From NCBI GenBank assembly GCA_017513085.1, contig JAFWDK010000003.1:1-64000 (forward strand): a stretch of DNA of 64,000 nt. Direction: 5' to 3'. A model generated the notes under the pieces. The model ran no database searches. It was not told the origin of the DNA and was given only the letters and a program-made list of their open reading frames with translations. Shown piece after piece: positions 60,930 through 64,000 of this stretch. The DNA comes from Clostridiales bacterium. GTDB lineage: Bacteria > Bacillota > Clostridia > Saccharofermentanales > Saccharofermentanaceae. Within the stretch, counting starts at the first letter, position 1; each line of letters opens with the position of its first letter. The position numbers and the translations under genes are program-made.

Positions 60930-62693
60930 TTACGCACCTACCTTCCACTCGATCGACCGGCTGTATTCATCAACCATCCGCTTGTAGAGACCGTTCTGAT
61001 CCATAAGATCTTTATGTGATCCGCTTTCTACGAGTTTTCCATCTGACAAGACAAAGATCCTGTCCGCGTCGGCCACGGTACTAAGACGATGTGCGATCAT
61101 GATCACCGTCTTATCCTTTGCCATTTCCGAGAAAGCCGCCTGAACTTTCGTCTCGTTATCCGGATCGGCAAATGCCGTCGCCTCATCCAGGATCAGGATC
61201 GGCGCATCTTTTAAAACAGCACGGGCGATCGTGATCCGCTGCTGTTCTCCTCCGGACAGATAGGTTCCCTTTTCACCCAGGACCGTATGGATCCCGTTCG
61301 GAAGCTTATTGATAATGTCCATGCACTGTGCTTTTTCCAGAGCCGCCAGAACCTCTTCTTCCGTCGCGGAAGGTCTTCCCATCCGAACATTTTCCAGGAT
61401 CGATGTCTTGATCAACCGGCTGTCCTGAAATACGAAGGACACCTGTCCCATCAGTTCCGACGAAGACATATCCTTGATATCCACTCCACCGATAGATATC
61501 TTTCCCTCACTCACATCGAAAAAGCGCACCAGAAGCTCCGCCAAAGTAGTTTTTCCTGATCCTGAAGGTCCGACCAGTGCAACATGTTCGCCGGGACGGA
61601 TCGAAAGAGAAATATCCGATACCGCATCTCTTGTTGCATCTTTATAACGATAGCTGACATGTTCCAGTTCAATACTGCTGTCCTTGGCCGAAAGCGAGCT
61701 TTTCGATTCCGGGAGAGGTTCAATAGCCAGGACCTGATCTACACGTTTCAGCGCATCGATCAACGTCATTTCCGCTTCGCCGGAATAAGCAACCTTGGTT
61801 AGTGCTACCGTGATCAGCGGTGTTACGATAATGTAGTACATGACATTCAGAATATCGGCATTGGCGATACCGTCGCCTGTAATAAGAAAAGCCGATACAA
61901 CGAGTGCCAGAAAAATCGCATTTATACAAGTCATGAATGCGATCATGGGTTTACGGAGCATGAGCGTGTAGTCTGTCGACCATTTTCCGAAATCATCGAT
62001 CGATTTTTTAAATCTTGCAAATGAATGCACGGTCTGACCGAAAGTCTTCACTACCGGGATTCCGCGTACGTACTCTGTCGCTTCACTGCTCATGACCTCA
62101 AGGGCACTCTGATACTCCCCCATTTTTTCCTGCATGTTCTTCCCCATCATAGTCATCATAAAGCAAAACCCGATGATTGCAGGGATCACGCAGATCAGAC
62201 CGATCTTCCAGTTAAATGCAAGTACCAGAACAATAAGACCCACAGGGGTAACTGCCGCGACGGTCTTATCTGCCAGATTATGGGCGATATATGTTTCAGT
62301 TGCCGCGGTCGAATCATTCACGATACGGCGGATCTTGCCGGTTCCGTCTTCATCAAAAACGCCCAAAGGCAGCGTAATGATCCTTCTCATCAATGCGCTC
62401 CTCATATTCGCTTGAACCCGGAACGCAGCAATGTGCGTGCACAACAGCGCCAGAATATAAACCAGAAGCGCTCCGATGATCAATCCTACCGCCAGCCATG
62501 CGTGTCCGGTGATCAGATCCGGGTCCTGTCCCTCTACCGCGATCTTAATGATCTTCCATAACTCATAAAACGGGATAAGTGTCATAACACCACTAACACC
62601 GGCCAGGACCCTTCCTATCAGGATCAGGTTCTTGTGACCGCCTGCATAATTCCGTATGAGCTTCATGTGATCATACTTTTCAACTTTTGCCAA
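60930..62693 (-). CDS. ABC half-transporter (TMD-NBD)
   Basis: 'THIAAF', 'EYVRGIPVVKTFGQ', 'GPSGSGKTT', 'LDEATAFADPDNE'; TTG start with GGAG RBS. Confidence 0.85.
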   Translation of the reverse strand: MAKVEKYDHMKLIRNYAGGHKNLILIGRVLAGVSGVMTLIPFYELWKIIKIAVEGQDPDLITGHAWLAVGLIIGALLVYILALLCTHIAAFRVQANMRSALMRRIITLPLGVFDEDGTGKIRRIVNDSTAATETYIAHNLADKTVAAVTPVGLIVLVLAFNWKIGLICVIPAIIGFCFMMTMMGKNMQEKMGEYQSALEVMSSEATEYVRGIPVVKTFGQTVHSFARFKKSIDDFGKWSTDYTLMLRKPMIAFMTCINAIFLALVVSAFLITGDGIANADILNVMYYIIVTPLITVALTKVAYSGEAEMTLIDALKRVDQVLAIEPLPESKSSLSAKDSSIELEHVSYRYKDATRDAVSDISLSIRPGEHVALVGPSGSGKTTLAELLVRFFDVSEGKISIGGVDIKDMSSSELMGQVSFVFQDSRLIKTSILENVRMGRPSATEEEVLAALEKAQCMDIINKLPNGIHTVLGEKGTYLSGGEQQRITIARAVLKDAPILILDEATAFADPDNETKVQAAFSEMAKDKTVIMIAHRLSTVADADRIFVLSDGKLVESGSHKDLMDQNGLYKRMVDEYSRSIEWKVGA

Positions 62694-62715
62694 ATTAAAT
62701 CACTCCTTTTTTCTA

Positions 62716-62731
62716 GTTAGCTATCGCTAAC
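62716..62731. promoter_or_regulatory. GTTAG-N6-CTAAC box upstream of the first ABC pair
   Basis: GTTAG-CTATCG-CTAAC, about 10 nt upstream of the RBS. Confidence 0.7.
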
Positions 62732-62755
62732 CGTCAAACGATAACTTATACAATA

Positions 62756-62774
62756 AAAAAGAGCCTTGCGGCTC
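62756..62774 (-). terminator. Terminator after tetR
   Basis: GAGCC-GCAA-GGCTC-TTTTT on the minus strand. Confidence 0.65.
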
Positions 62775-62778
62775 TCTT

Positions 62779-63396
62779 CTATTTCACACCCATGATCTTC
62801 AGCCATCCCGGCATGAAGAACTCTTCTAATGTATTCAGATAACTTAGGATCTTTTCGTCTTCCTCTTCATGGAGGATCGACTCAAAGCAAGCCGATAAAT
62901 ACGCAGTGAGCAGCATATGTAATTCTGTTTCACTGATTTCTTTTACCGGATAACCTTTCTCTTTAAAATACTCCAAAGCACGCATAAATTCCTTCTGATT
63001 CTCGATGACGAAATCATGTACGAAATTCTCATATTTCGTTCCCTTCGAACCATTGAGCAAAAGGCGGAATTCTTCTTTCTTCGGAAGGATCACAGTCTTG
63101 ATCAGATCCATGATCGTTTCATCAAAAAGCTTCTCTTCACTTTCCTTGCGTGCTGTCATTTCGTATTTGATCCGGATATGCCGTTTGGTCCAGTTTTCAA
63201 TTTCTGAAACCAGGGGGGAAACAATTGCCTCAAACATGGATGCCTTGTCGGGATAATGCCGATAAAGTCCGGCGGAAGTCATGCCCGCACGGGAACCGAT
63301 GCTACGGATCGATGCAGCTTCAAATCCTTTTTCAAGAAACTCTTCCTTGATCGCCCGGTTCACTTTGATGTGACTTGCAGACTTATCTCTTGGCAT
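62779..63396 (-). CDS. TetR/AcrR-family regulator
   Basis: 'EFLEKGFEAASIRSIGSRAGMTSAGLYRHYPDKASMF'; start at ATG 63396. Confidence 0.9.
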   Translation of the reverse strand: MPRDKSASHIKVNRAIKEEFLEKGFEAASIRSIGSRAGMTSAGLYRHYPDKASMFEAIVSPLVSEIENWTKRHIRIKYEMTARKESEEKLFDETIMDLIKTVILPKKEEFRLLLNGSKGTKYENFVHDFVIENQKEFMRALEYFKEKGYPVKEISETELHMLLTAYLSACFESILHEEEDEKILSYLNTLEEFFMPGWLKIMGVK

Positions 63397-63490
63397 GAAC
63401 AACAGACTTCCTTTCATTGTGATCATCGTTAGCTATCATTGATAACCTACATAATCATGCACCATAAAAGGAAGTCTGTCAAGTTCATGA

Positions 63491-64000
63491 TCAAGCTTTT
63501 TTACCCTGATTTGCCACAGCTTCCATCTTCGCTTTCAAAGCTTCCTGATCACCGAGATAGTAGTGATTCAGAACACGGAAATCATCATCAAATTCATATA
63601 CCAGTGGAACAGCTGTCGGAATATTGACGCCGATGATCTCTTCGGAAGACAGGTTATCAAAATACTTCACAAGAGCACGGAGCGAGTTACCGTGAGCCGC
63701 GATCACCACTCTCTTTCCCGCCTTCATTTCCGGCTTGATCACCTCTTCAAAATACGGGATCACGCGCTCTATCGTCGTTTCCAGACTTTCATTCTTCGGA
63801 AGAAGCGAAACATCCACATCCCGGAACATAGCCTGCTTTGTCGCAGAACGCTCATCGTCGTCAGAAAGCTCCGGCGGTTTTACGTCGAAAGAACGTCTCC
63901 AGATCTTTACCTGCTCCTCACCGTATTTTTCGGCAGTTTCAGACTTATTCAACCCCTGTAGCGCACCGTAGTGGCGTTCGTTCAGTTTCCATGACTTCAC
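63491..64000 (-). CDS. gpmA: 2,3-BPG-dependent phosphoglycerate mutase (5' end outside window)
   Basis: '[16 protein letters not shown]', 'WRRS', '[10 protein letters not shown]', 'VANQGK'. Confidence 0.95.
   Translation of the reverse strand: MKSWKLNERHYGALQGLNKSETAEKYGEEQVKIWRRSFDVKPPELSDDDERSATKQAMFRDVDVSLLPKNESLETTIERVIPYFEEVIKPEMKAGKRVVIAAHGNSLRALVKYFDNLSSEEIIGVNIPTAVPLVYEFDDDFRVLNHYYLGDQEALKAKMEAVANQGKKA

Noticed and set aside
51540-63490. Transport module as a bounded mobile element
   Set aside because: No integrase, transposase, relaxase or flanking direct repeats seen; horizontal origin remains only an inference.

Overview
A 64-kb, gene-dense chromosomal segment from an anaerobic Firmicute (Clostridia-like, probably a plant-fibre degrader; taxonomy inferred from gene content). 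It opens with a large secreted carbohydrate-active fusion protein that runs off the left edge and is missing from the ORF track (SGNH/CE12-like esterase + GH-A/DUF4832-like module + Pro/Thr linker) and an AraC regulator. An oxidative-stress group follows (flavodiiron protein, reverse rubrerythrin, PerR/Fur), interrupted by a membrane-anchored surface protein. Next come two c-di-GMP enzymes, a stand-alone trpB2 under a Trp T-box, a BcrAB-like ABC transporter with a two-component system, pheA and a DAHP synthase, metY preceded by an unannotated Cys-ending leader ORF, and a TPP-riboswitch thiMEDC operon. The centre is a nitrogen-assimilation island (gltBD, dapLF, ANTAR regulator, type III glnA, amtB-PII fusion, asnB, pyrG) with five ANTAR-type RNA hairpins. 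Inside it lie a 15-copy, strictly 53-bp-period non-coding array of inverted half-sites and a small candidate pseudogene. The right part holds iron-sulfur flavoprotein, ZIP and GNAT genes, a MoxR-DUF58-transglutaminase operon, a TetR/AraC module with two ABC half-transporter pairs plus an MptD-type ECF transporter (GTTAG-N6-CTAAC boxes), and partial gpmA. I saw no rRNA, tRNA, CRISPR-cas or transposase genes. All calls come from reading sequence and motifs by eye; no searches were run.
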